Shown piece by piece: positions 22,430 to 34,055 of a DNA stretch of 51,804 bases; the stretch's first letter is position 1, and each line of letters begins with the position of its first letter. Position numbers and translations under genes: made by a program. A model generated the notes under the pieces. It was not told where the DNA came from. It saw nothing but the letters and a program-made list of their open reading frames with translations, and searched no databases. Where the stretch lies: contig JAJPYT010000023.1 of NCBI GenBank assembly GCA_021204845.1, positions 1-51,804 on the forward strand. The letters are read 5' to 3'. The stretch comes from Prevotellaceae bacterium. GTDB taxonomy: Bacteria > Bacteroidota > Bacteroidia > Bacteroidales > Bacteroidaceae.

Positions 22430-24220
22430 TTATTCTATCTCCAACTGCAAGCCCTCCACCAGCTTGCCAAGTGCGCTGTTACGCTCCTTCATGCGTTGGA
22501 GGATTTCGCCCTTACTAAACGTGCGGCGCACCGTCTCCGCCTCCATCACCTCTATCTGCATCTCGATGGACGGAACACCTATGTGACGGGCGAAGAATGA
22601 CTCTATGGCTGCCTTGCGGCTCTGCAGTTCACCGGCTATTATATGGCTGCCCACAGTGACAAGGAACGAGGTGTCGGACAGGAAACGTGGGGTGATGCCC
22701 CTAAGGCGGTTTGCCATAGCCACCTCGCCAGGTTGCAAGAGGGTGGCGAACTGCTGCCAGCACTGTATCATGTTGCTCTCAGTGAGCCGTCCCCTGTCGC
22801 TTAGGTAAAATTGGCTTTCCTCGCGCACCTCGTCCGTAGCGCTATCGGCAGAGGCGGGCGCGGTCTCGTTGATGCACACGCTGTTAAGGTCAAGCTTGGC
22901 TGGCTTTGACGTGGCTGGCTTAGTAAGAATACTTAAGGGAGATTTTGCCGCAGAGGCGGTATCAGCAACCGCGGTCTTAGGTTTTGGCGCTGGTGGGGCT
23001 GGTTTCTGCGCAGGTGCAGGCTGTGCCGCCTGTGAGCTCGCCGCGGCATTAGCTTTGCTGGTGGGCGCACTGTTGAATATTGGCTTTATAACATCTTCGG
23101 GCCGAAGCCCAGGGGCAGGGGAGTCGTCCTGCATGAGCTGCGCCGCCTGTATGAGGCAGAGCTCCACCTGCAGGCGCTTATTGCGACTTTGGCGGTAGCT
23201 TACGTCGCAGTCGTTGCACAGTTTCAGCGCGCGGCAGAGAAACTGTGGTTGGCAACGCCGCGCCTGCTCGAGGTATCTGCCACGCACTGCCTCGCTTACC
23301 TCCAGCAGCGGCAGCGTCTGGGGGTCGCGGCTCACGAGCAGGTCGCGCAGATGGCTTGCCAGTCCGGCTATGAAGTTGCCCCCGTCGAAGCCCTTGCGCA
23401 GCACCTCGTCGAAGAGCAGCAGGCAGGGCTCAACCTGGGCGGAGAGGAAATGGTCGACGAGGCGGAAGTAGTATTCCGAGTCGAGGACGTTGAGATTGTC
23501 GAGCGTGCTCTGGTACGTGATGTTGCCACCCGTGAAGCTCACCATCTGGTCGAATATGCTAAGCGCGTCGCGCATGCCGCCGTCAGCCTTTTGGGCTATC
23601 AGGTTAAGCGCCTGGGGCTCGGCTGTGTAACCCTCCTTCTGGGCCACGTATGCCAGGTGGTCCACGGTGTTCTGTATGGTCATGCGGGCGAAATCGTAGA
23701 CCTGGCAGCGGCTGAGTATGGTGGGAAGAATCTTATGTTTCTCGGTGGTGGCGAGGATGAATATGACGTAGGAGGGCGGTTCCTCCAGCGTCTTCAGGAA
23801 AGCGTTGAAAGCCTGGCTGGAGAGCATGTGCACCTCGTCGATGATGAATACCTTGTATTTCCCTCCCTGTGGCGGTATGCGAACCTGCTCTATAAGCTCG
23901 CGTATGTCGTCCACGGAATTGTTGCTTGCCGCGTCAAGCTCGTGTATGTTCATGGAGCGTTGCTGGTCGAAGGTGCGGCACGACTCACATTCGTTGCACG
24001 CCTCGCCGTCGGGGCGGGGCGAAAGGCAATTGATAGTCTTGGCAAAAATGCGCGCGCAAGTGGTCTTTCCCACGCCCCGCGGACCGCAGAACAGATAGGC
24101 ATGAGCCAGCTTGTGTGTGCGTATGGCATTGAGCAGGGTTGTGGTGAGAGCGCGCTGGCCCACTACCGTGTCGAACGTGGCAGGGCGGTACTTACGTGCT
24201 GATACTATGTACTCTTCCAT
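22430..24220 (-). CDS. dnaX: DNA polymerase III subunit gamma/tau
   Basis: Motifs are YRPATFDTVVGQ, GPRGVGKTT, the zinc module CNECESC, and IIDEVHML. Confidence 0.9.
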   Translation of the reverse strand: MEEYIVSARKYRPATFDTVVGQRALTTTLLNAIRTHKLAHAYLFCGPRGVGKTTCARIFAKTINCLSPRPDGEACNECESCRTFDQQRSMNIHELDAASNNSVDDIRELIEQVRIPPQGGKYKVFIIDEVHMLSSQAFNAFLKTLEEPPSYVIFILATTEKHKILPTILSRCQVYDFARMTIQNTVDHLAYVAQKEGYTAEPQALNLIAQKADGGMRDALSIFDQMVSFTGGNITYQSTLDNLNVLDSEYYFRLVDHFLSAQVEPCLLLFDEVLRKGFDGGNFIAGLASHLRDLLVSRDPQTLPLLEVSEAVRGRYLEQARRCQPQFLCRALKLCNDCDVSYRQSRNKRLQVELCLIQAAQLMQDDSPAPGLRPEDVIKPIFNSAPTSKANAAASSQAAQPAPAQKPAPPAPKPKTAVADTASAAKSPLSILTKPATSKPAKLDLNSVCINETAPASADSATDEVREESQFYLSDRGRLTESNMIQCWQQFATLLQPGEVAMANRLRGITPRFLSDTSFLVTVGSHIIAGELQSRKAAIESFFARHIGVPSIEMQIEVMEAETVRRTFSKGEILQRMKERNSALGKLVEGLQLEIE

Positions 24221-24251
24221 AGGTGATTCTTGGGATGAAAGTTAACGGTTA

Positions 24252-24259
24252 CAAAATTA
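24252..24259 (-). promoter_or_regulatory. -7 box TAATTTTG for dnaX
   Basis: The plus strand reads caaaatta. The box lies 32 nt upstream of the ATG at 24220. Confidence 0.45.
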
Positions 24260-24304
24260 ACAAAAAATAAGTCATATAGGGGCATACAGCCTATGATTTT
24301 TTAA

Positions 24305-24312
24305 TACCTTTG
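24305..24312 (+). promoter_or_regulatory. -7 box TACCTTTG
   Basis: The box lies 25 nt upstream of the ATG at 24337. Confidence 0.5.
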
Positions 24313-24336
24313 CAAAAAGCAAGGAGAGAGAGAAGA

Positions 24337-24660
24337 ATGAGTGCGTTTGTTACAATTTGGCATTTCGCGGGTCGCTATAAGTATGTGATAGTGGTCCCTC
24401 TCTTGGTCTTGTTCGTATGTTTCGTGGGAGAAGATTCCCTTTGGGCAAATTACAAACGATACAGGCAGCTTAACGACATGCGTGACCAGCTGAGCACCTA
24501 CAGGCTGGAATACGAGCGCGACTCCGTGGTGCTGCAGCGGCTGGAGAACGACCCCAAGGAGGCTGAGCACGTGGCGCGCGAGCTCTATCTCATGAAGCGT
24601 GAGGGCGAGGATGTCTTTCTTTTTGTCAACGACCCGACGAGCCAGGAGGCGGAAAAATGA
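24337..24660 (+). CDS. FtsB/septum-formation-initiator-like protein
   Basis: One N-terminal TM segment is followed by a coiled coil (YKRYRQLNDMRDQLSTYRLEYERD...ARELYLMKREGEDVF). Confidence 0.65.
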   Translation: MSAFVTIWHFAGRYKYVIVVPLLVLFVCFVGEDSLWANYKRYRQLNDMRDQLSTYRLEYERDSVVLQRLENDPKEAEHVARELYLMKREGEDVFLFVNDPTSQEAEK

Positions 24661-25048
24661 AACAGCTCTCTACCGTGCAGAACGTCCTTTATGTGGCGGG
24701 TGCCGTACTGATGATTGTCGGTGCCGCGCTTTTCGCCTGGCGCAGGCTCGAGGCCTGTGTGGTATACGTGGCTGGAGTGCTTCTCTATGCCTCCATGCAG
24801 TTTGTGGCGGCATATTTGGGCAGCAATTTCGTTATTCAGCGCCTGCGCCGTCAGCAGTTATTCGGGGCGTTTTGCCTCGTGGCTTCCGCCGTCGCCATGG
24901 CAATGCTCATGTGGGACCTGTGCAGGGGCAGCTTCATGTTTCGCTATGTGCATCACAATGAGTGGGTTATGCTGATGGCAATAGGAGCGCTGGTGCAGCT
25001 ATATACAGCCTACCGCATACCGAAGGAGTTGGAAAAGGAGGCTAAAAG

Positions 25049-25052
<4 letters not shown>
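24657..25052 (+). CDS. Small integral membrane protein, unknown function
   Basis: The protein has four hydrophobic segments. ATGA overlaps join it to both neighbours. Confidence 0.5.
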
Positions 25053-27792
<2,740 letters not shown>

Positions 27793-27820
27793 CACCGTCA
27801 GCCCGAGGGCTAAGAGTCTC

Positions 27821-28126
27821 TTATATCTCGAAATCGAGACAAGTGCGCCCTTTCGTGTAGGGTCGCACTTTTCCGTCTGCCACTGCCACGTGGCGAGGGT
27901 CGGTGGCATAGCCTTTGAGCGCCGCCTCGTCGGTGAAAGTGCAGTCGAGCATGAGGTCGCAGTTAGACGAGGCAAGCCTTCCTTCCGTAACAACCTTTAT
28001 TTCCTTCAGTCCTGGTATCTGGTCCTGCAAAGCCTCCAGTCCATTCTTTATGTCTGTCATCACAGTCAGCCGCTCCTGCTCTGTGAGGTCTTCTCTCAGT
28101 GTCCAGAGAATAATGTGTTTTACCAT
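27821..28126 (-). CDS. Dabb-family stress-responsive alpha/beta-barrel protein
   Basis: The 101-aa protein begins MVKHIILWTL and contains HVAVADGKVRPY. Confidence 0.65.
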   Translation of the reverse strand: MVKHIILWTLREDLTEQERLTVMTDIKNGLEALQDQIPGLKEIKVVTEGRLASSNCDLMLDCTFTDEAALKGYATDPRHVAVADGKVRPYTKGRTCLDFEI

Positions 28127-28152
28127 AAGTAGTGTGTTTCGATTTTATCTGG

Positions 28153-28160
28153 CAAAGTTA
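28153..28160 (-). promoter_or_regulatory. -7 box TAACTTTG, preceded by a TTGCTTTTTGC block
   Basis: The minus strand reads cttgctttttgctatcgttgcgcTAACTTTGcc. The box lies 27 nt upstream of the ATG at 28126. Confidence 0.5.
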
Positions 28161-28215
28161 GCGCAACGATAGCAAAAAGCAAGAGCTTTCTCTTGTTTTT
28201 TCCAATGAAACAAGA

Positions 28216-28223
28216 TAACTTTG
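28216..28223 (+). promoter_or_regulatory. -7 box TAACTTTG
   Basis: The box lies 46 nt upstream of the ATG at 28270. Confidence 0.45.
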
Positions 28224-28269
28224 CGTTAAACGTTACAAATAACGTAAGGAAACCGATATAATAAACATT

Positions 28270-29154
28270 ATGAGAATAAAGAAGTTATTTGCTACCCTTT
28301 GCCTTTTTGGCTCGGCAGTCTGCTCGAATGCACAGTTGCCTTTTCCATGGAATAGGGTCATCACGGACAGCATATACAGCGAGACCTTAGGCGCATGGCG
28401 AGAGTTCTCCATATATTTGCCGAGAACTTTTGAGGTCGACACACTACGCCAATATCCTGTGTTGTATTTGCTTCATGGACTGGGAGGCACAAACACGGCT
28501 TGGTTTGAACTTCTCAACGCGCAGGATGTGCTCGACCAACTAATCGCGTCGGGCGAGGCTAAGGAAATGGTGGTTGTCTCTCCGAACGCTGGAGGAAAGG
28601 TCGAGGATGGAAATATGAACGGTTATTTTAATATGCCTGGCTGGTCTTACGAGGACTTCTTTTTCAATGAGTTTGTTCCGTATATTGAGGGGAAATACCG
28701 CATCATATCCGACAAACCGCACAGGGCAGTGGCTGGACTATCAATGGGCGGAGGGGGAACTACAAGTTACGCACAGAGACATTCTGACATGTTCTGCGCT
28801 GCCTACGCCATGAGCGCACTTATGGATATCCCCTCTGACGACGGGAATGCCCCGCAAAGCGAGGATGATTCCCCCTTAAGCCTGTTCTTTCAATCTGTGA
28901 AGAAGAACAGTTGTGTGAGATATATTGAGGAGGCTGACGAAAAGACGAAGAATGAGTTGCGAACGGTACAGTGGTTCGTAGATTGTGGCGACGATGATTT
29001 CCTTCTTGATAGCAGCATCGCTTTCTACCAGGCTATGCGTAAAGCTCAAATCCCCTGTCAATTCAGAGTGAGAGACGGAGGTCACACCTCCGAATATTGG
29101 CACTCGGCGCTCTATATGTGCCTGCCTTTTGTTTCGCGCTGCTTTGGAGAATGA
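28270..29154 (+). CDS. Secreted alpha/beta-hydrolase esterase (esterase D / putative-esterase family)
   Basis: A signal peptide is followed by YPVLYLLHGLGGT and the nucleophile elbow GLSMGG. Confidence 0.7.
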   Translation: MRIKKLFATLCLFGSAVCSNAQLPFPWNRVITDSIYSETLGAWREFSIYLPRTFEVDTLRQYPVLYLLHGLGGTNTAWFELLNAQDVLDQLIASGEAKEMVVVSPNAGGKVEDGNMNGYFNMPGWSYEDFFFNEFVPYIEGKYRIISDKPHRAVAGLSMGGGGTTSYAQRHSDMFCAAYAMSALMDIPSDDGNAPQSEDDSPLSLFFQSVKKNSCVRYIEEADEKTKNELRTVQWFVDCGDDDFLLDSSIAFYQAMRKAQIPCQFRVRDGGHTSEYWHSALYMCLPFVSRCFGE

Positions 29155-29414
29155 ATTGATAGTTTATACTTTGTGCCAAAAACTTTAGGGGATGTGTCAA
29201 GCGTAATTCATAATAGACTGCTTGCTTTCATCTGTCGTAGCTCTTTTCCCCAGCGAGAGTTCGTGAAACGACGCATTGTCATTTTCCGAACGAAATATCG
29301 TCGTTTGCGGAGCGACAAGTAGAAACAAGCCTCCTTTCTTATGCTTTTTGCTCTCGCTTGCGTTAACTCAGCTAACGCGGAGTTGGGCTGCGCTCGGTTT
29401 TCTTATGCCTTTCC

Positions 29415-29468
29415 TCAGAAGAAAAAGCGGCTACCATTTGCTTTTTGCTCTCACTTGCACTAACTTTG
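29415..29468 (+). repeat. 54-nt promoter module copy A, ending in the -7 box TAACTTTG (29461-29468)
   Basis: The sequence is tcagaagaaaaagcggctaccatttgctttttgctctcacttgcactaactttg. It is 50/54 identical to 31041-31094. TTTG-N20-TAACTTTG fits the Bacteroides -33/-7 spacing. Confidence 0.7.
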
Positions 29469-29491
29469 TGCGCTCAAATATAAAAACAGCG

Positions 29492-30382
29492 ATGGCACAG
29501 AATAAATTCAAGGGACTGGGAGTGGCTTTGATAACACCATTCAGGCACGATGGCAGCATAGACCGCGAGGCTCTGCTCAAGTTGGTGGAATATCAGATAA
29601 GCGGTGGTGTAGACTTTCTTTGCATTATGGGCACCACGGCCGAGACGCCATGCCTTTCCCCCGGGGAGCGCATGGAGCTGAAGCGCTTGCTGGTAGAGCG
29701 CGTGGCTGGCAGGGTGCCCCTGCTCATGGGCTGCGGAGGCAACTGCACAGCCAGTGTGGTGGAAGAGCTCAGGAGTACCGACTGGCATGGAATAGACGGT
29801 GTGCTTAGCGTTTGCCCCATGTACAACAAACCCTCGCAGGAAGGTCTCTATCAGCATTTTGCCACCATTGCCAAGGCAAGTCCTCTGCCCGTTGTCCTTT
29901 ATAATGTGCCAGGGCGCACAGGGGTTAACATGAGCGCTGAGACCACACTTCGCCTGGCGCGTGATTTCGACAACATTGTAGCTATAAAGGAGGCGAGCGG
30001 CAACATCTCCCAAATGGACGATATTATTAAAAACAAGCCCAAGGATTTCGATGTTATAAGCGGTGACGACGGCATCACTTTTCCCCTTATTACCTTAGGC
30101 GCGGTGGGAGTGATAAGCGTCATTGGCAACGCTCTTCCCCAAGAGTTCTCGCGCATGGTGCGGCTGGCTTTGCAGGGCGACTACGACCAGGCACTGCGCA
30201 TTCACCACAAGTTTACCGAGCTGTTCAAACTGCTCTTTGTGGACGGCAACCCTGCTGGCGTGAAGGCAATGCTCCATGCCATGGGCATGATAGAGAACCA
30301 GTTGCGCCTGCCGCTGGTGCCCACGCGCCTGACAACAATGGAACAGATATCCCAGATTCTGAAAGACCTGCACATCCGTTAG
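29492..30382 (+). CDS. dapA: 4-hydroxy-tetrahydrodipicolinate synthase
   Basis: Diagnostic segments are GLGVALITPF, MGTTAE, YNVPGRTG and the active-site region AIKEASGN. The start is taken at ATG 29492, because the upstream part of the track ORF covers the repeat modules. Confidence 0.9.
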   Translation: MAQNKFKGLGVALITPFRHDGSIDREALLKLVEYQISGGVDFLCIMGTTAETPCLSPGERMELKRLLVERVAGRVPLLMGCGGNCTASVVEELRSTDWHGIDGVLSVCPMYNKPSQEGLYQHFATIAKASPLPVVLYNVPGRTGVNMSAETTLRLARDFDNIVAIKEASGNISQMDDIIKNKPKDFDVISGDDGITFPLITLGAVGVISVIGNALPQEFSRMVRLALQGDYDQALRIHHKFTELFKLLFVDGNPAGVKAMLHAMGMIENQLRLPLVPTRLTTMEQISQILKDLHIR

Positions 30383-30400
30383 CGCAAGTCAAAGAAGTTT

Positions 30401-30877
30401 TCAGGCCTTCTTGAAGTAGTAGACGAAAGTGGCGAGCCCTTCGAGGGCTTTCTTCCCTGTCTCTTTTATCTCGATGTGGAACTTGATGGTTGTCTTTATG
30501 GCTCCGCGCAGGTTTTGCACGTCTTCCAACTTCGTGACCAATCGCACGCTCTGACCACTGAGCACGGGCTGCGAGAACTTCATCTTGTCCATGCCGTAGT
30601 TCATCATACGCTCCAGATTGTGCACCTCCACTATCTGGTCCCACATGACGGGCAGAAGTGACAGGGTAAGATAGCCGTGGGCGATTGTCTGGCCAAAGGG
30701 GCTTTCGGCTTTCGCCCGCTCCGTGTCAACGTGTATCCACTGGTGGTCCATAGTTGCGTCGGCAAAGAGGTTGATGCGCTCCTGCGGTATTTCCACATAT
30801 TCGCTTTTGCCCAACTCTTCCCCAAGATGTTGCTGGAAATCCTCAAACGAGGAAATTACTAATTTTCCCATATTCAT
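30401..30877 (-). CDS. MaoC-family (R)-specific enoyl-CoA hydratase/dehydratase
   Basis: The hot-dog fold motifs are FADATMDHQWIHVD and FGQTIAHGYL. Confidence 0.75.
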   Translation of the reverse strand: MNMGKLVISSFEDFQQHLGEELGKSEYVEIPQERINLFADATMDHQWIHVDTERAKAESPFGQTIAHGYLTLSLLPVMWDQIVEVHNLERMMNYGMDKMKFSQPVLSGQSVRLVTKLEDVQNLRGAIKTTIKFHIEIKETGKKALEGLATFVYYFKKA

Positions 30878-30900
30878 TGATTTGTTTAACTTTGTCAGAG

Positions 30901-30908
30901 CAAAGATA
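30901..30908 (-). promoter_or_regulatory. -7 box TATCTTTG
   Basis: The plus strand reads caaagata. The box lies 24 nt upstream of the ATG at 30877. Confidence 0.5.
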
Positions 30909-31040
30909 GTGTTTGCCAGAGTAAAAAGCAAGGGTGACTGCTTGTTCTTTGCCTCGGAAAAGGCTATCTTTGCCTTCGGTGAAGTTAGGCTGCGCTCGGC
31001 AAACGCAAAATGTAAGCAGCTATTTTTCTTCTGTCTCTCG

Positions 31041-31094
31041 TCAGAAGAAAATGCGGCTTCCATTTGCTTTTTGCCCTCACTTGCACTATCTTTG
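31041..31094 (+). repeat. 54-nt promoter module copy B, ending in the -7 box TATCTTTG (31087-31094)
   Basis: The sequence is tcagaagaaaatgcggcttccatttgctttttgccctcacttgcactatctttg. The ATG of kdsA lies 26 nt downstream. Confidence 0.7.
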
Positions 31095-31119
31095 CCAAGC
31101 GAAAAGCTCACATCACAAG

Positions 31120-31872
31120 ATGAAACCATTATTTATAGCGGGTCCGTGTGTGATAGAGTCGGCTGAAGTGCTCGACGAGGTGGCGGCAGAACTGGCGCGT
31201 GTGCGTGAGGCGTACGGGGTGAAAATATATTTCAAAGCCTCGTTTGACAAGGCCAACCGCACGAGTCTGAATTCGTTCCGCGGTCCCGGCATGGAGAAGG
31301 GTTTGCGAATGCTTGCCGACGTGAAAGGAAAATACGGACTGCCCCTGCTCACCGACATTCACGAGAGCTGGCAGGCAGAGCCAGTGGCAAATGTGGTGGA
31401 TTGCTTGCAAATACCTGCCTTCCTGTGCCGCCAGACAGACTTGCTGGTGGCGGCGGCACGCACGGGCAAGCCGGTGAACATAAAGAAAGCCCAGTTCCTT
31501 TCGGGAGACGACATGCGTTACCCCATGGAGAAATGCCTCGCTGCAGGTGCCAAGGAAGTGTGGCTCACGGAAAGGGGCAACACGTTCGGCTATAACAATC
31601 TGGTGGTAGACTTCCGCAACGTGGCTGTTATGAGGACCTTCGCACCGAGAGTGATTATGGACTGCACCCACAGCGTGCAGCGCCCTGGAGCCGCAGGGGG
31701 AAAGACGGGAGGCGACCGCGAATATGTGCCCGCAATGGCGCTGGCCGCCAAGGCGTTCGGGGCGAATGGGTATTTCTTTGAGATACATCCCGACCCGGAG
31801 AAAGCTTTAAGTGACGGACCTAATATGCTGTACCTAAAAGACTTCGGGCAAGTAGTAAAATCTTTGATTTAA
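31120..31872 (+). CDS. kdsA: 3-deoxy-8-phosphooctulonate (KDO-8-P) synthase
   Basis: Diagnostic segments are FIAGPCVIES, FKASFDKANRTS, LQIPAFLCRQTDL and DCTHSVQ. Confidence 0.9.
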   Translation: MKPLFIAGPCVIESAEVLDEVAAELARVREAYGVKIYFKASFDKANRTSLNSFRGPGMEKGLRMLADVKGKYGLPLLTDIHESWQAEPVANVVDCLQIPAFLCRQTDLLVAAARTGKPVNIKKAQFLSGDDMRYPMEKCLAAGAKEVWLTERGNTFGYNNLVVDFRNVAVMRTFAPRVIMDCTHSVQRPGAAGGKTGGDREYVPAMALAAKAFGANGYFFEIHPDPEKALSDGPNMLYLKDFGQVVKSLI

Positions 31873-31884
31873 GACCTTGGAAGA

Positions 31885-32835
31885 ATGACTATAAGAGAGA
31901 TAGCGGAACAGTGTCTGCGTGACGAGGCGCAGACTATTCTGGACCTAATTCCATATTTGGACGAGCAGTTCGACCACGCTGTGGAACTGATGTTGCAGTG
32001 CAAGGGCAAGGTGATACTTACGGGTGTGGGTAAGAGCGGACACGTGGGAGCCAAGATAGCGGCGACCCTGAGCAGCACAGGCACGCCAGCCTTTTTCGCC
32101 AACCCCTTGGACATATACCATGGAGATTTAGGGGTGATAACCCCCAACGACCTTGTGATTGCCATCTCACACAGCGGCAACACCGACGACTTGCTGCGCT
32201 TCATCCCGTACTTGATAGAGGACAAAGTACCTCTAATTGGCATGACCAGCAACACCAACTCCCTGCTGGCACGATATTGCACTTGCCACATTTACATAAG
32301 AGTTTCGGATGAGGCGTGCCCCCTGAATCTTGCCCCGACCAACAGCACCACTGCCACACTGGCCATGGGCGACGCGCTGGCATGCGCTCTCATAGAGCGG
32401 AGGCACTTCAAAGCAAGTGACTTCGCGCGCTTCCACCCTGGCGGCACCTTAGGCAAGGTGTTGCTGACAAGAGCGGCTGACGTGATGCGCAGCGACGACT
32501 TGCCAGTGATGCCTCCCTCGTTGCCTCTGGGAGAAGTAATCTTGCGCGTGAGCGCGGGGAGGCTTGGGCTCTGTGTGGCATTGGACGAGAATGAGCGCAT
32601 AATAGGTATAATCACGGACGGTGACCTGCGCCGCGCCATGCAAAGTCTGAAAGACAAATTCCTGACTACCCCTGTTTCCGAGGCTATGTCGCACAACCCT
32701 AAATGTGTGCTGCCCGACACTAAAATAACGGAAATCCAGGATATAATGCAGAGGAACAAGATACACACGGTGCTGGTGACTAACGAGGACCATCATCTCT
32801 TGGGCGTCGTAGACCACTTTAGTTGTATGTTTTGA
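31885..32835 (+). CDS. kdsD: KpsF/GutQ-family arabinose-5-phosphate isomerase (SIS domain plus two CBS domains)
   Basis: The SIS region contains GVGKSGHVGAKIAATLSSTGTPAFF. A C-terminal CBS pair is present. Confidence 0.85.
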   Translation: MTIREIAEQCLRDEAQTILDLIPYLDEQFDHAVELMLQCKGKVILTGVGKSGHVGAKIAATLSSTGTPAFFANPLDIYHGDLGVITPNDLVIAISHSGNTDDLLRFIPYLIEDKVPLIGMTSNTNSLLARYCTCHIYIRVSDEACPLNLAPTNSTTATLAMGDALACALIERRHFKASDFARFHPGGTLGKVLLTRAADVMRSDDLPVMPPSLPLGEVILRVSAGRLGLCVALDENERIIGIITDGDLRRAMQSLKDKFLTTPVSEAMSHNPKCVLPDTKITEIQDIMQRNKIHTVLVTNEDHHLLGVVDHFSCMF

Positions 32836-34055
32836 TGCCGCGGCTGCTTCTTTGGCTTTTCTTACTCTTCCGGCCTTCGTGCCTCATTGCCCAGAACTCA
32901 GTGGAGGTGGCGAGGCTAAGGCTCAGAGAGTTGGGTAACGAGGAGCTAAGGGCTGGCAGTGTGAGTTTGCTGAAATCACCGCAGGAGAAGTACGACACGC
33001 TTTTCAACAGTGTGCTTGCTACCAAGCGGTACATCCATGTAGAGTATTTCTGGATTGCCGATGACAGTGTGGGAGGACGATTTGTGGATTTGTTGGCGGA
33101 GAAGGCGAGAGAGGGGGTAGAGGTAAGGATGATAATTGACGGCTTTGCCAACCACAAGAGTGAGAACTCATGGACAGCCAACAAGATAGACTCGCTTACC
33201 GCCTTGGGTATTCACACCGTATTGTTCGACCCTTTGCGCTTCCCCAGGATAAACCACTGCTACCACAGAGACCACCGCAAGATTGTGATAATAGACGGGG
33301 AGAGCGTAGTGACGGGCGGAATGAATATTGCCGATTATTATCTTACTGGCACAGCGCGTTCGGGGCAGTGGCGCGACATGCACCTGAAGATGGAAGGAGA
33401 GGTGGCTGGCTGTTACGAGCGGGTATTCGAGCGGATGTGGCAGAAGGTGGCTGGCGAGAGTTTGGACTCTCTGCGATACGGTGCAAACCTCGCTCTCCCT
33501 GGCGATTATGTGGTGAGTGTGGTTAACCGCGAGCCTTTGGCGCTGAGCAAGAACATGCGCAAGGCGTATACTGCATGTATAGACGCGGCTGAAAGCGAGG
33601 TGCGCATTCTGAACCCTTACCCTACCAACGTGCGCATGGTGCGGAAAGCCATCTATCGGGCGCTCAGGCGGGGCGTGAGGGTGATGGTAATGGCATCCGC
33701 CTCAAACGATGTGCGAACAACGCCAGACTTAATTGCTGTGGAGATGAAGAAGTTAGTGAGGCACGGCTGTGAAGTGTATTACTACGAGGGAGGCTTCCAC
33801 CACAGCAAAGTGATGACCGTGGACGGGGAGTTTTGCACCGTTGGCACGGCAAACCTCGACGGGCGCTCAATGCTTTACGACTACGAGATAAACGCTTTCA
33901 TCTTCGACAGAGGAGTTACCCGGCAGTTGAACGCCATCTTCGACGGGGACCTCACTAACAGTGAGATGCTCACGCTCAAGGAATTCAAGAAGCGCTTCTC
34001 CCTCGTGCACCGCGTCACGGGACGTGTGCTTACCCCCATTAAAGGCCTGTTCTGA
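32835..34055 (+). CDS. Phospholipase D-family protein, cardiolipin-synthase-like
   Basis: The two HKD motifs are HRDHRKIVIIDG and HHSKVMTVDG. The ATG at 32835 shares one nucleotide with the kdsD stop. The track start at 32823 is a TTG. Confidence 0.75.
   Translation: MPRLLLWLFLLFRPSCLIAQNSVEVARLRLRELGNEELRAGSVSLLKSPQEKYDTLFNSVLATKRYIHVEYFWIADDSVGGRFVDLLAEKAREGVEVRMIIDGFANHKSENSWTANKIDSLTALGIHTVLFDPLRFPRINHCYHRDHRKIVIIDGESVVTGGMNIADYYLTGTARSGQWRDMHLKMEGEVAGCYERVFERMWQKVAGESLDSLRYGANLALPGDYVVSVVNREPLALSKNMRKAYTACIDAAESEVRILNPYPTNVRMVRKAIYRALRRGVRVMVMASASNDVRTTPDLIAVEMKKLVRHGCEVYYYEGGFHHSKVMTVDGEFCTVGTANLDGRSMLYDYEINAFIFDRGVTRQLNAIFDGDLTNSEMLTLKEFKKRFSLVHRVTGRVLTPIKGLF

Noticed and set aside
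23189-24202. 337-aa ORF on the plus strand
   Set aside because: It is antisense to dnaX, whose translation has unambiguous clamp-loader motifs. It is a shadow ORF.
29155-29491. Possible lysine riboswitch or leader upstream of dapA
   Set aside because: I could not find the conserved L-box core elements. The region is better explained by the repeat and promoter modules it shares with spacers of non-lysine genes.
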